Assembly (NCBI RefSeq): GCF_018977255.1
Contig: NW_024704764.1
Location: 10,044,001-10,108,000, forward strand
From: Callorhinchus milii
Taxonomy: Eukaryota
Reading direction: 5' to 3'
Length of the DNA stretch: 64,000 bases
Part shown: positions 1 to 12,759 of the stretch, in pieces
Layout: every line of letters begins with the position of its first letter
Position numbering within the stretch: the stretch's first letter is position 1
Notes under the pieces: model-generated
What the model saw: the letters and a program-made list of their open reading frames with translations, nothing else
Told to the model about the DNA's origin: nothing
The model's database searches: none
Made by a program: the position numbers and the translations under genes

Positions 1-199
1 TGCGGTCCCGCTGGCACAGGGACAGCGTGGGATCGCCCGAGAGCCTGGCTCTTTGGTCCGTTCGCACTCTCATCCCTCCCTTCTGGAACACCCACCCGAG
101 TCACAGGGAAGTGCAGGGGTGGAAGACACAGAGCGACCGATGTGCTATCAAATGCAAGGATTTATTATCACTATTTATTATTAAATGCAAGGATTATTA

Positions 200-548
200 T
201 CCGTCTACCAATCCCTTCAAGCCCCGGCACCTCCCCTGCCTGTTCGACCCGCTTATTCCCCAACCCACCACCCGCCTCTGGCCTCCTGCTTCTCCCTCTT
301 CCCCTCCGTTCCACCGTCGGCATCGTGCTTTCAGCCCCTACGCCCCGAAACTCTGGCACGCTCCCTCAATCCCTCCACCTCGCCCCCTATTTCCCCGTGT
401 TCGGATCACGCCTTAAGACCTTCTTCTTTGATCGTGCTACGGTCTGCTCCACATGGCTTGGCCTCAGGCTCCGGCACTAGTAAGTGCTCCGAGACACTAC
501 CCGGCATGAATGGTGCTACATAAATAAATGCAGATTGTTATTGTTATT
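200..548 (+). mobile_element. L2-clade LINE 3' fragment
   Basis: Degenerate RT C-terminus (RAFSPYAPKLWH..; RLKTFFFDRA in another frame), then a tail ending in ataaatgcagattgttattgtt. Same family as 43780-44282. Confidence 0.7.
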
Positions 549-744
549 AATAAAGAACAACACTTTCAAAGCCATTGATTGCGTCACTGCACAGCTAACC
601 AATTCCCCATCTCAGATTTGCGGGCAGTAGCTGCTTCCGCCGCCTCTCTAAAATGACTGAAAATCAAAGCGCAAAAGGACTAACGATCTGAAAAATTAAG
701 ACAATAAACGTTAAGAAGCTAATACAGAAATGGTGTGGCGAAGG

Positions 745-882
745 CAAACGTGGCAGCCAATTTGCGCCCACGAAAATATACCGTCAATTCACTTTACAGC
801 GGATCCTGCGAAGCGCTTTAAGACGCCCCGAAGACCTGATAAGGGGCTGTGTCAAACGCACGGATTACGATATTATTATTAT
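745..882 (+). mobile_element. SINE 3' fragment (Deu/L2-tail family)
   Basis: cgcccacgaaaatataccgtcaattcactttacag...gaagcgctttaagacg...(att)n matches the other copies in the window. Confidence 0.7.
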
Positions 883-1384
883 CCCACAAAAAAGAGTCAG
901 GAGCGAGTCGGAAGTTGTGCGCCGAATTGCCATTGGTCTCCAGAGTAGCTGTGCTCAGCTGTCTCGCATTCCTCCCTCCCTCCCTGCCTTCAGGTGTGCA
1001 CGCTCCAGGCGACCTGAGATTGCCACATCACCTGCTCCCAGAGTGCCAGGCAGGCAGGCAGGGAGGGCAGGCAGGGAGGGAGGGAGGGCCAGCCACCTCC
1101 GCGATCGCCTGACTGATAGACACGTGGCTCTTGTGAAACAGGAACCGTGAGTCTGGCATTGCATCATCCAACCAGAGTTCCGGGCAGGAGCAGATTCCAT
1201 AGCAACCAGTCGGGGTCAAAATGAGCGAGAAAATGCAGCTGTAAATTCAACGTCGGTTAGAGCAGGCCACACCTGCTTCCAATTCCCCTCCCACCCCCAC
1301 ACAGGTATTTTGTCTCTTGTCCAAAGTGCTTTGCAGGTAATTGCAACCAACAGTTGAAGGTCCCCTGCTTATAACAATCATTTG

Positions 1385-1560
1385 ATAATTATAATCCTTG
1401 CACTTGATAAAGCGCATTTTGAGACGTCTCAAAGCGCTCCACAAAATATGCTGCAAAGTGGATGGACTGGGGTAATTTGTGGACGAAACCTGGCAGCCAA
1501 TTGCGCACAGCAGCATCCCGCAAACAGTCGTGGATTGTGTAACCAAATGATTATTATTGT
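1385..1560 (-). mobile_element. SINE 3' half (Deu/L2-tail family)
   Basis: ataatccttgcacttgata...ggcagccaattgcgcacagcagcatcccgcaaacagtcgtggattg is the reverse complement of the family body and tail. Confidence 0.8.
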
Positions 1561-2097
1561 TTTTAGAATGTTATTGGAAAAGAGAAGGAAGTTTTTTCCC
1601 CCCCCCCCCATTTATTTACTGGCCGACAACCTGCCAGTTAAACCGGTTGTTCTCCTCACGGCTGTTTAGTGAACTTCTCTACACACAGAAAAACATTTGC
1701 CTGTAAATACACAGCCATCACGCTCCACAACAAAGTACTTTTAGACATTAAGGTGTTATCAGCTTCCTCAAGCCCTTGGCTGGGATGGAATGTCAGGCTG
1801 GACGATAAGCACAGCATTTGGGATCAAATCTACAACCTGATGCTAAAGCAAGAACAACTGAGCCAAGGTGAAACAGGGTGGATTCTGCAGTGCATTAAAT
1901 ATTAAAGGGGCCTGGTTGCTGCATCGGGAACACCTTTTCAGGCAAAACAACAGCTACCGAGAGATAGATACACAGCATGTAATGCTCATTCCCAGCCCAG
2001 GCCATTCCAAATCATATATATTGGCTCCAAGTTTATGATATGCTTTCGGTACTTTCTGACCTTTTATACAGAAGCACTTTAAGATGCAGTGCTATAT

Positions 2098-2410
2098 AAT
2101 AATAATAATAATCATCATCATCATTGCATTTGATATAACACCTTATCATGTTATCGAGATGTCTCCGAGTGCTTCACCGGATACACTGAAAAGTGGAGTG
2201 ACTACACACCTTGTGGCTTGACACGGCAGGCAATTGTGCACAGCAGCGTCCCACAGACGGACATGGAACAAATGACCAATTTTATTTTGGGGGATTGTTG
2301 GCCATGACACTGGGAAAACTCCCTTCCCTTAGCAAATAATGGGATCTTTAACATCCACCTGAACAGGCAAAAGGACCTTGGTTTAACATGGTATCTGAAA
2401 GATGGCTGGC
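2098..2410 (-). mobile_element. Older SINE with Deu-domain-like central region and L2 tail
   Basis: The reverse strand reads gccatctttcagatacc..ttaaaccaaggtcc..caggtggatgttaaagatccc..gagttttcccagtgtcatggccaac, resembling the DeuSINE core recalled from SacSINE1/AmnSINE1, followed by the family tail. Confidence 0.65.
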
Positions 2411-3011
2411 TTAACATATTTTCCTGGAACATTGTTCCAACATGCACACTTTGGCAAAAAGTGGGCGGAAAATAGACTTTATCTGTTGAATGAACTTCAG
2501 TTGGGGAATGTATGACTAAGCTATCAAAAATCTCACTAGAGACAGATGTTCCCTGAAACTGCTGGGAGTAGACAGCTGATTTCATTCTGCTTCACGAAAA
2601 GGATGACTTAATTCTACTTCGAGACAGTTTTCTGCGGAAAATAATTGAATTCTCCCTTCACAGACTGACTTTTCTGTACAAAAATGGCCCCAGGGTTAGT
2701 GGAATTTCACAAGCATCTCCACCCAAAAAGTAAATATGTGCGGGTCATGGTGAAATAATTTGCTCACAGCGAGCGAGACAATGTGGGCCAAAGGAGGAAC
2801 CCACAGAAACTAGACAAATGAGTTTCTCTCAATATCCTGGCTAACAACAATCCTCCGGATACATTGGGCATGGCTGTTTGTGGGACCTTGCTGTACACCG
2901 AATGCTTGTCGCGATAACCGACAAATACGGTCTCTGCACTTGTTGGGAAATAATGTGCGAAGTGTTTTGTGACAGACATTTTAGGCGCTTTATCACATGT
3001 AAGAATTATCG

Positions 3012-3370
3012 TGGAATCCTGTTAGCGTATTGGCTGCAGCCCTCGCCTCGCGCGCGAGCCTGGGTGCGGTTCCCGGCCGGGGGAAAGGTTAGGCAAGTTT
3101 CCTTACTTCACATGCCTCCATTCACCTATCAGTAGGTAGGAACCTGCTTGTTAGTCAATTGGTGGATCGCTTTTCTGAAGGTAATAATCCCTCCAAAGTC
3201 CCCAAAAAGTTTAGTCACTCAATCCATGACTCTTTGTGGGATACTGCTGTGCGCAATTGGTTACCGTGTTTAACCCACTTTAACCCTAGTCACTTTACAG
3301 TATATTCTGTGAAGATCTTTGAGACGTCTCAGTGACGTGATAAGCCGCTATATCAAATGCAAGAACTATT
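3012..3370 (+). mobile_element. Near full-length tRNA-derived SINE, diverged
   Basis: Degenerate head ggaatcctgttagcgtattgg...ggtgcggttcccgg, then the same body and tail as 24983-25347. Confidence 0.75.
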
Positions 3371-3829
3371 AACACAATAAATGTTCCTTTAATTTTGGGG
3401 TGGGGGTGGAAATGTGGAATGTGTTATTCAGCACACGACAAAGTCCTACTGGGAAAACCAGGAAGTGACTCTTCCTGTTAGGGGGTGGAGCACTGTAAAC
3501 AATGAAGAGGCTCTTTTAGAGAGAAGGGTGAGGGGTGGGGAGCGCGTTCGATATCTCACAGTCCAATTGGCTGCCGCGTTTCGCCCAGGAAACACACAGT
3601 CACTACGCTTTCCGCCGATATTCCGCGAAGCGCTGCGCGACGTCTTGGGAACCTATGGCGCCACGATCCCGCGTGCGGGAATGAATGAATGAATGAGCAT
3701 TATTCGGGGATGGGGTGAGGGGGTGGTGGTGGGGGTGGGGGGGGGACAGTGACAGTGTTAAGTGACTCAGTCAGTCAGTCAGGGACCTGTTGGGCGATGA
3801 ATGGAATAAAGGTCCCGCCCCCACATGGC

Positions 3830-4035
3830 GGGGAGGCGCTCGCTGATTGGTGCGTCTTGAGTCGCGCTGATTGGTCCGGCGCGGCTGTCAGTCGGCAGCG
3901 CGCGGGCGGGTTGGGCGGGAATGGGCGGGGCGGGTTGGGCGGTTTCGGGGAGAGTGGGGTGGGAGGTATTGCGATTGCTGTGACCCCCTCTGGGGCCGGA
4001 GGAGGAGGAGGAGGAGGAAGCGGCCGCCATTTTAA
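3830..4035 (+). promoter_or_regulatory. CpG-island promoter of the ARF gene: two CCAAT boxes, GC boxes, YY1-type site
   Basis: ctgattgg at 3843-3850 and 3867-3874; several gggcggg between 3904 and 3935; CCGCCATTTT at 4024-4033; CpG-dense. Confidence 0.7.
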
Positions 4036-4115
4036 CCCGCGAACGACGGCGGCGGCGGCGGACAGCGACGACGACGGCGGCGGCGGCAGAAGCAGCAGAA
4101 CAGGCGAGACCAGCG
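4020..4115 (+). other. ARF2: Probable non-coding first exon of the ARF gene (start approximate)
   Basis: GC-rich leader ending at the donor cagcg|gtgagg (GT at 4116). Class I ARF genes have a non-coding exon 1. Confidence 0.6.
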
Positions 4116-4469
4116 GTGAGGAGAGCCCCGACCGCGCAGCCCGGGACCGGCCACCGAGTTGCACGACCTCGGGAGCGGATGGTGATGGCGGCGGCGGCGG
4201 CCCCCGGCGGCGGTGGGGGGGCGCGCGCTCGGTGTGCGGCCCTCGGGCCGGGGTTAGACCGGCGGCGGCGGAGAGGCCTTGGGCCCCCCCCCCTCCCCCC
4301 ACTCCCCGATCCCTCTCCCCCCCCCCCCCGGACGGGGATAATTTGAGGGGCGCGGGCGAGAATGGCCTCTGATAACGGGGGTCGTGGGGACAACGTGAGG
4401 GTGAGGGTGATATGGAAGTTGGTGGGTAGGGGGGGGGTATGCGTTTGTGGGGGGGGAAGCGCGAGGGTG

Positions 4470-4820
4470 GGGGGAAAGGAGGGTGGGGGGGTTGTGGGGA
4501 GCAGGGGGGTGGGGGAGCAGGGGGGGTGGGGGGAAGGGAGGGTGGGGGAGCATGGGGTGGGGGGAAGAGAGGGTGGGGGGAGCATGGGGGTGGGGGGAAG
4601 GGAGGGTGGGGGGAGCATGGGGGTGGGGGGAAGGGAGGGTGGGGGAGCATGGGGGTGGGGGGAAGGGAGGGTGGGGGGAGCATGGGGGTGGGGGGAAGGG
4701 AGGGTGGGGGGAGCATGGGGGTGGGGGGAAGGGAGGGTGGGGGGAGCATGGGGGTGGGGGGAAGGAGGGTGGGGGGAGCATGGGGGTGGGGGGAGCAGGG
4801 AGGGTGGGGGGGAGCAGGGT
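4470..4820 (+). repeat. G-rich 33-bp minisatellite (catgggggtggggggaagggagggtggggggag)n
   Basis: The cat anchor recurs at 4681 and 4714 (period 33). About 8-10 degenerate copies; source of the poly-Pro/Gly ORFs. Confidence 0.9.
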
Positions 4821-5489
4821 GTGTGGGGGCGTGTGGGGAGGGGATGGTAAGGAAAGCTCCTCGGGGTGGGGGGGGGGGCCTTGACCCATCCTGCGGCCGA
4901 CAGTGGTTTTTGTGCCGTGAGGTAACGTCGTTGACGGTCAAACCATTTGTTAAATGTCCTGAACTCTTGGCCCCGAATCGCTTTTTTTGCTGTTCTCGGC
5001 GCTGGGGGCGGTGTTTTATTTTTATTTTCTTTATTATTATTATTATTATTATTATTTACCGTTTCGCTGCGCTCTCGGTAGCTCCGATTTCAAGAAGATG
5101 CGCCGATAAATCCGCCGTCCCGTTCAGCCGCACCCGGTTTGCGCCTCGGGGTGTGCGCGTTGGGAACCGAACGGTGACAGCGGTGCCACTTCCCTGACGG
5201 ACGAGGCGCGGCGCCTACAGTCCCACGTAACCTTCTTCCCGTCGGACCCGAGTGGAAAAGCTTTGCGGTGCTGGGTACGGCCTGAGGCCCGGTCTCTTGC
5301 GCGGGGTTTGTTTGTGTTCCGGAGCTCGGGAAATTGTAGGCAGGAAAGATGGTTTGCGGCGTTTTGAAGGTTAAACGGGTTATTTCGCATCGGCCATGAA
5401 TCCTGGAACTTCCAAAGTTTGTTTTTTACACTTTTTTTCTCATCAATCTGTGGACCAGTTTTTCCCCTTTGCATAGGTGTGACGCCCAT

Positions 5490-5653
5490 CCTTCCTCCCA
5501 CTCCCCCCCCCCTCCTCGCTCCACCCCTTCCCTCCCCTCACCCTGACCATTTCCCACCCCTCCGCTCGGGTCCTGACCCAACTGTCCAGCGCCCTGGGAC
5601 GTCCTCCCGACGTGAAAGGCGCTCTATAAATGGAACCTTGTTGTCGTTGTTGA
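5490..5653 (+). mobile_element. L2 LINE 3' end, young subfamily
   Basis: ccctcaccctgaccatttccc...gtccagcgccctgggacgtcctcccgacgtgaaaggcgctctataaatgg(gtt)n, nearly identical to 9870-9985. Confidence 0.8.
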
Positions 5654-8296
5654 TTGCATTTGTGGATGAGTTGTCAATCGATTTATTTTTCAGACAGCAC
5701 AAACGAGAGGCAGCGCTGCCCCCCTCTTTCTCCCCCCCCCACCCTCACCCCTGGCAACACCGCACAAAATCCAAATGTTGAGATGAAAGGAATTTAGTTT
5801 TTTTGCCCCCAACCTTCACAGCCTCAGTTTGTGTGTTGTCCAGCCAGAGGAATTTCTGAAGAGATTGTGGCTGGACAGAGTTGGTCAGATTGCTATTTAC
5901 AAGATGTGTTCAGAATGGTGGTGGTGGGGAGGGGGTTTGCACAAGATGAGGTTGAGTGTTGTCATTCCCGTGACTTGTCCCATGGGAAAGCAAATTTGGC
6001 GCATTGTCTGATGTTCTTGAGTACTGTACTTTCCTAGCTGAATATCAACGGTGCAATTGAGGGACGCCTGAAATTAAGCGAGCGACGTCTTTAATGAACG
6101 CTGTTTTTTTAAAAAGTAAAACTTCACACAGAATTCCTGGTACCATGGTAAGATAAGGAGCCATAGTTGTGCACGTATGTGGGCAAGGAAATGGAGTAAT
6201 GGTTAAGTAGCCTGGACAGTGAAGGATGGCAACTTGAATGATGCAGTACTGGCTCGTGAAGAGACAGGTTGACACCTCAGAAGAGAAAGTTGCAAGAAAA
6301 TGGATGAAAACGGGGAACTGGGAACGCGTGGATGTTGGACTAAAAGTTCTTTGGGACTCTTTAATGCCTGAGTTCATTTTATTTTCCTGCCCCCAAATCT
6401 ACAGTCAGTTTTCCTCCCAAAGGTGCTGACTCATGCATGGCCTGGTATTATCCAGGATCTGTCCCAGGAGGCAATCCTACAGCAAGTTCAAACGTGCTGA
6501 TTGTGGGCACGAGGTTTCACAGCCGAGCCTGATCCCTCCTCGCCTGCTATCCACATAGGCACATTCCAGCCCGGGTCAGGTCAATACATGGCCTCACTAC
6601 AGTGCATTATCGTGTTCCTGAAACATCTCAAAGCACTTCACAGGATTTACATGTTTTTTTTTTCTCTTTTCCCCGCCCAATCCCAGGACATTGAGATCAG
6701 CTAATTGAGCACATCGGGGATCAAACCTGGCTTCCTCCCTGGCCCGCATGTTAGAGCACGAAACACTGTTCTTGGGCACTAGTTGATGTATTTTACATTG
6801 TGGGTGTGTATAGGAGTGCTCTATCAGTCACTGATTTAGACCAGCCCCGTGCCAATCGTGAGGACAGATTAGCTGTCGTGTTGTGTGTGCTGCACTATTG
6901 TACCTGAACTCTACCCCTTTGAGTCAACATTCAGATCGGTCAGAGGAATGTGGCCATTTCTCCTTCCCACAGTGGCTCCTGGTATGGAAGGAAAGCCCCA
7001 ACCCAGAACTTTGAGGGTGTTGGTTGTTGGAATGGTGGGCGTTCCTCTTCAGATTTTATGCTTGATTTTATTATAGAATTTTTGCCCCCTTCCACCCTGA
7101 AAGGTAGCAATGACGTGAGCGTTAGTAAAGTGCAAGACTTAATGTTTTGAGTTTTTATTCTGTGAGTGATTGTGATTCCCACAGTGTCCAGGTGATATGT
7201 CTGAGAGGAGCTGACACAAGGTGTTCTGTTGGTGACTTCTGTTGTTCACTGTGACATTCAGCACCAGCTGATCATTATTGAAACCTGTAACCCAGCAAAT
7301 CCCTTCTGTTTTTTCACTTTGTGTGGATTTCCAGGGCTTCAAAATGAAAGTAGCTTGTTCTAATTCAAGTGTGTTGTGAGCTGTTTTTTNCTGCAGCACA
7401 TCTCGTAAACCAAATGGCGCACCAAGTACATGGGTTTCAACTTTGATGCATTTTATTAGCATAAATTGAACAAAGTGAGGAGATGCACTACGACTGGATT
7501 AGTTACTGTAGTGGCTAAAGACTACAGCTGTACAAAATCTGTTGATTTTAGAGCTCAAACGTGCTGTGCAGTGGTGGAGTTGTGTAGTCTTGACCTTAAA
7601 TAATTGATCCATATTTGCACCGAAACCTTTGATTTAGCCCAGAAGGAAACTATTTGTTCACTGATAAAAGTCTGGTATTTTTGTTCGCGCATTAGAGTTT
7701 AGTTCTGCCAGTTGTAATTTTTTTTCTTAAATGGAGTGGTTTGCCTGGACACCCCTGATCTCAGGCGTTTTCGTTTTGGTTCAGGTGAACGTGAGACAAG
7801 AGATTGCTTTGTTGTTTGGTGAACCTGAGCTTGATGTAGCCATGGAGAAATTACGCAATCACATTAATGTTGGAACTTGAGTTCCACTCATCATTTATTT
7901 ACCAGTCAATATCAGCGATGGCTTGGGCTCAGTCTTTTTGTTGAATGATGTAGAATTTGGAGGTCAACAATACTGACACTGCCCTGTAGTCTCTCTAAAC
8001 TGTGAGTGACTTGAAGGTGGTGCCTCACTGACTGACAAACATATATACAGACGCACACACACAGACGCACACTGGCCCTCAGCAACTGTTGAAACCTGAA
8101 GTTCACTGATCTTGTGTATTTATCCCTTGCTACGGTGTCACAAGGTGTGCGGTACCCAGAACATTTCATAAATCAATCTGCCTTTGGGCAAGATCAAAAC
8201 TGGTTGTTGGGGTGGGTGTCGAGAAGATGATGGGTAGAACATAAGGCCAGTAGTTGCTGTAACTGAAAGTTCATTTGTTTCGTATTTGTCATTTGA

Positions 8297-8518
<222 letters not shown>

Positions 8519-9324
8519 TGAGTCGTGGTGTAATGTCAGCCACCTAACCAGTGAATTGTAGAATTGGGTCCATTTATTCACATAGTGGATCATATTGCCG
8601 ATGTAGCTTTGTGCAATACTGGAAGTCCATTGAGGTCAGTCTCAAAACCTCTTTTACTCCCTCCCCTCCATTGATTTTCTCTTCAATCTGCAGGCAATCT
8701 ACTTCTGTGTCTACCATATATTTATCACTCGCTCTGTAAAAATAATTACATCCATTTACCTGCACTCTTCTAAGCTTAAATCTGTGGCCAAACCTTCAGC
8801 CGCTAGGCCCTCGCTTCCAAACTCCTACCGTGCTTGGTGTCTGGCGTTGACTGCAAAGTGCACTCACCTTGCATGCAGAGCAAAAGATAAACAATCTTTG
8901 CATTAGAATTGTAAATCATGATTGCAAGCTATTGGGGTTCAGTCATCTGCTCTCTTTAGGAACTTGAATACTTCAATCGAATCTCTCCTCTGAGCCCTCT
9001 CTCTGGTGTGCTCCACTTGTGCAGTGGGTGAGGTTACAAAGGAATGTTAACAGCAACAAGTTAAACAAATTGAGGCCCCACCTTCCCTTTTTAAAAATTA
9101 AAGTTTAATACGCCTCAAACGAGAACTAATGACAATACGTGGGAGGATTGCATTTGTGGCTCTATGTTTTCTAAATTCTGTGGGTTTTTTTGAGGTGGGG
9201 TGGGGGGGTGTGAGGTGGGGCTTTTCTTGAGTTTGACGGGCAAATGGGTTTGGGACATCCCGGGATTAAGGCCCATCGACCATCTAATGGCACATCTTTG
9301 TGCCAGTGACTGGGCTCTGGTTGA

Positions 9325-9573
<249 letters not shown>

Positions 9574-9704
9574 TGACATGCACAGATATCACCACCGTGC
9601 TTAAGAATCCCCAAACCAAGCTGTGATTGCCAGGCCTCCCATCTGACATGGAAATCCCAGAGATAGATTGTTAGAATGGAATGCGCTCTCTCTCTCTCTT
9701 CCTG

Positions 9705-9986
9705 GAACTCTATCCCCCAGTGCCTTCGCCGTCTCCTCCCTTTCCTCCTTCAAGGCCGGTCTCAAGACCTTTCTCTTTGACCGTGCCTTCAGCTCCCCTC
9801 TTGACTCTCTACCCCTTCCTCGCTCCCTCCCCTCACCCTGACCATTTCCCCCCTCCTCGCTCGCTCCCTCCCTTCCCTCACCCTGACCATTTCCCCCACT
9901 GCTCGGGTCCTGACCCAACTGTACAGCGCCTTGGGACGTCCTCCCGACGTGAAAGGCGCTTTATAAATGGAATCTTGTTGTTGTTG
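9705..9986 (+). mobile_element. 5'-truncated L2 LINE nested in another repeat
   Basis: ctggaactctatcccc..ttcaaggccggtctcaagacctttctctttgaccgtgcc (WNS..FK..LKTFLFD) and a (gtt)n tail. Confidence 0.8.
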
Positions 9987-10194
9987 GAAGAACCCATCCT
10001 GCTTATCTAATTCTGAAGAGTATTAGGCACAGGTTGGCAGGAGCTGAGGCTTGGGGGGGACCCCAGAGTGTGAGTTGGGAGTAACGGCTGGAGTCTAACC
10101 AGATAAAATTGCAAAGCTTACCATTGAGAGCGCTGTCTGGCAAGCTTTCCCACTGCTTGTCCAGCTGGGACCACCCTACTTGTTAGGGCTTTGA

Positions 10195-10425
<231 letters not shown>

Positions 10426-10464
10426 TGAGACAATCAAAATCAAAGTGAACAGAAGAGGATGAGA

Positions 10465-10712
10465 ATAATAATCCTTGCATTTGAGATAGCGTCTTATCAC
10501 GGTGATGAGACGTCTCAATGGGCTTCACGGGATATAATAATCCTTTTTTTGATGCAGTGCCTTAACACCTCTTCAGGATATCACAAAGCGCTTCACAGAA
10601 TACACTGCAAAGCGAATTGACTGTGTTTTGTGGGAGAAACGCGGCAGCCAATTGCGCACAGTGAAGTCCCACAAACAGTCGTGGATTGAAGTGACCAAAT
10701 TATTATTACTAT
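10465..10712 (-). mobile_element. SINE 3' half with a doubled tail, in the ARF last intron
   Basis: Two successive ataataatcctt...gat tails, then gcggcagccaattgcgcacag...aaacagtcgtggattg. Confidence 0.75.
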
Positions 10713-10816
10713 TTTAAATCTATTGTACAGTGGAGTGACTGTTATTGAATTGTGATTGCTGTCTGTTTGAGATCCGCATTCATTCATTCGTTCATTCTCT
10801 CTCTCTCTTTGTCAAG

Positions 10817-10978
10817 GACCTGCCCAACGCCATGACCGCTGCTGAGATCACAGACAAACTGAGCTTGCACTCTCTGCGCCAGAGAAAGTGGTACATCCAG
10901 GCCACGTGCGCGACCAGCGGCGACGGGCTATACGAGGGGCTGGATTGGCTGTCCAATCATCTTTGTACATCCAAATGA
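10817..10978 (+). CDS. ARF2: ARF2-like coding exon 4 (162 nt, stop)
   Basis: caag|GAC CTG; [56 protein letters not shown]. Confidence 0.92.
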   Translation, partial: DLPNAMTAAEITDKLSLHSLRQRKWYIQATCATSGDGLYEGLDWLSNHLCTSK

Positions 10979-12546
10979 TCGATCCCGTTTCCCCGAATGC
11001 CTCCGCCTGACCAGCGAGCTGCTGCTGCTGCTGCTGCATGTGTGTGTGTGTGTTTGGTGTAGAGTGGGAGCAGCTTCACCACGTGCCTTGTCTAGTTAAA
11101 CACAGAGGGATTGAAGGACACTACGTACTGAACGAGTATTAGGATAAAACTGTGAAACTTATTTTAATACAAATAAAAAAAACAAATCCGTGCGGAGAGG
11201 GGGAGTGGGGGGGAGGGTTTGGGGGTGGTGGGGAGAGGATCATTCATTTGCTTCAGAGCGATTACCAGCAACTCCTGCAGAATTATCGTGTTACCTGCAT
11301 TACCTCGGCTGCCCCCCACCCACCCCCCGTAATAAGGAAGTGAATGCGAGCATAATCCTCTCCCCCTTTTCTAATTTAACAAGGTGCTTGTGAGATGTGC
11401 AGCTCAGCCAGCAGCTTTTCACTGCAGGAGAATCTCATTAGCTGTCTCTCAAACTGAGCTGGGACCTGACAAGTCCTTGTGGGGTGGTGGGAGAGGTGAG
11501 GTTGGGAGTCAAGGTGGGTGGGTGTGTGTGTGTGTGGGATGGCTTTTTGCTGTCCTTGCGTTGTAACGCACACTGGATCGGAATTGATGCAGCGATCTGC
11601 AGTGAAAAAATTCTCTTGTTGTTGAGTGCAAGTCCCAGTTCATCCTGTCCCCCAACTCCGCACGGCTGGTATAAGCTTCGTTCAGAACCCGTTCGATCCC
11701 GTCAAATATTTAGAGGTCACTTGAGGCAGCTGCTCCCATTCCTCTGTTTCGTAAAGATTTCGAGCGACACTTGTATGTATTTACTACTGGGGTGGGGGGA
11801 GGGTGTGGGGGGGAGAACATCAATCAGAATGTCTAACTAATCCTCTTTCTTTGTTTCCAACACCATGAACTCAGCCAAAAAATAGTGCTCAGTCTCTCAG
11901 TCGCTGCAAACTCTCCAGACAAAAGTAGCTTCAAAAGCACGTGGATCTTTAAAGCACATAGACCTGTATGTGGCATTAAACTGGGGAGATGGACAGAACA
12001 GAGAGAGCTTACCTGTCTCCCACACCTCCTCAGTAGTCTAACTGGAGGTTGTAACCAAAAGAGATGATTGTGTGAAGCTGTGGACAGGTTGATGTTTTAT
12101 TTAGAGGTTTATTTATGCTGCACAGGCCTAGTCAGCAGGTAATTTCCAATAGATGTGCTCATTGCTGAGTTAGTGACCCCCAGGAGACCATAACTGACTC
12201 CACTTATTTGACTTGGCTTTGAGCTGCAATGTTGATGTGGGGTTTGGGGGGGAAATCAAAGCTCCCATTGGGGGTATCCAATCCTTTCGCAATGAGCGAG
12301 GGCAGCCAGCGTTGTTAAACCGATGTAATGTAAGAATATATTTTAGTGGGGGCAGCATTACATGTGGAGCTGTAATAACCGTATGAAGCGTTGAGTTTTC
12401 TCTGTACAAATGAAGGCTGATGACAAATGGTGCAAATGTCTTATCTGAACTAAGATGAAGTTTGGTTTGTGTTTCGTTTTTTTTAAAACCATATTTGACA
12501 ACCTGTCTTGAGAGAGATGCACTATTATCTAAGAGATCTCTATTAG

Positions 12547-12675
12547 AATAAACTTGTCATTACATACGCTGCATTGGGGTGCCTGTATAGGACTGAATCT
12601 GTGTTGGCTTGTGAGTGTGAGTGTGTGTGGTGGAGGGATGGGGAGAGACTTGTTTGGAAATATTCTGGCAATAAA
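12547..12675 (+). terminator. Candidate ARF polyadenylation signals (AATAAA at 12547 and 12670)
   Basis: AATAAA hexamers at the end of ~1.6 kb of transposon-free 3' sequence; a GT-rich tract follows the first. Confidence 0.5.
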
Positions 12676-12759
12676 GGTTCAAACTCCGCCTTACCCCTGA
12701 CGCTACATGTTTCCATTATTGGGCCAGACCATCGCTGATTCCTGTTGGGTTTAGAATAT

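Noticed and set aside
900-1215. ETS motif (cggaagt), possible donor cc|gtgagt at 1148 and an RFX half-site, suggesting an upstream exon
   Set aside because: Short motifs only; cannot be linked to a transcript without RNA data.
3749-5197. Long Pro/Gly-rich ORFs on both strands (up to 388 aa)
   Set aside because: They arise from the CpG island and the 33-bp G-rich minisatellite, which lack stop codons; no domain similarity.
6420-6770. Possible LF-SINE-like ancient repeat (similar head at ~30735-30810)
   Set aside because: The similarity is recalled rather than demonstrable; too degenerate to assign without a Dfam search.
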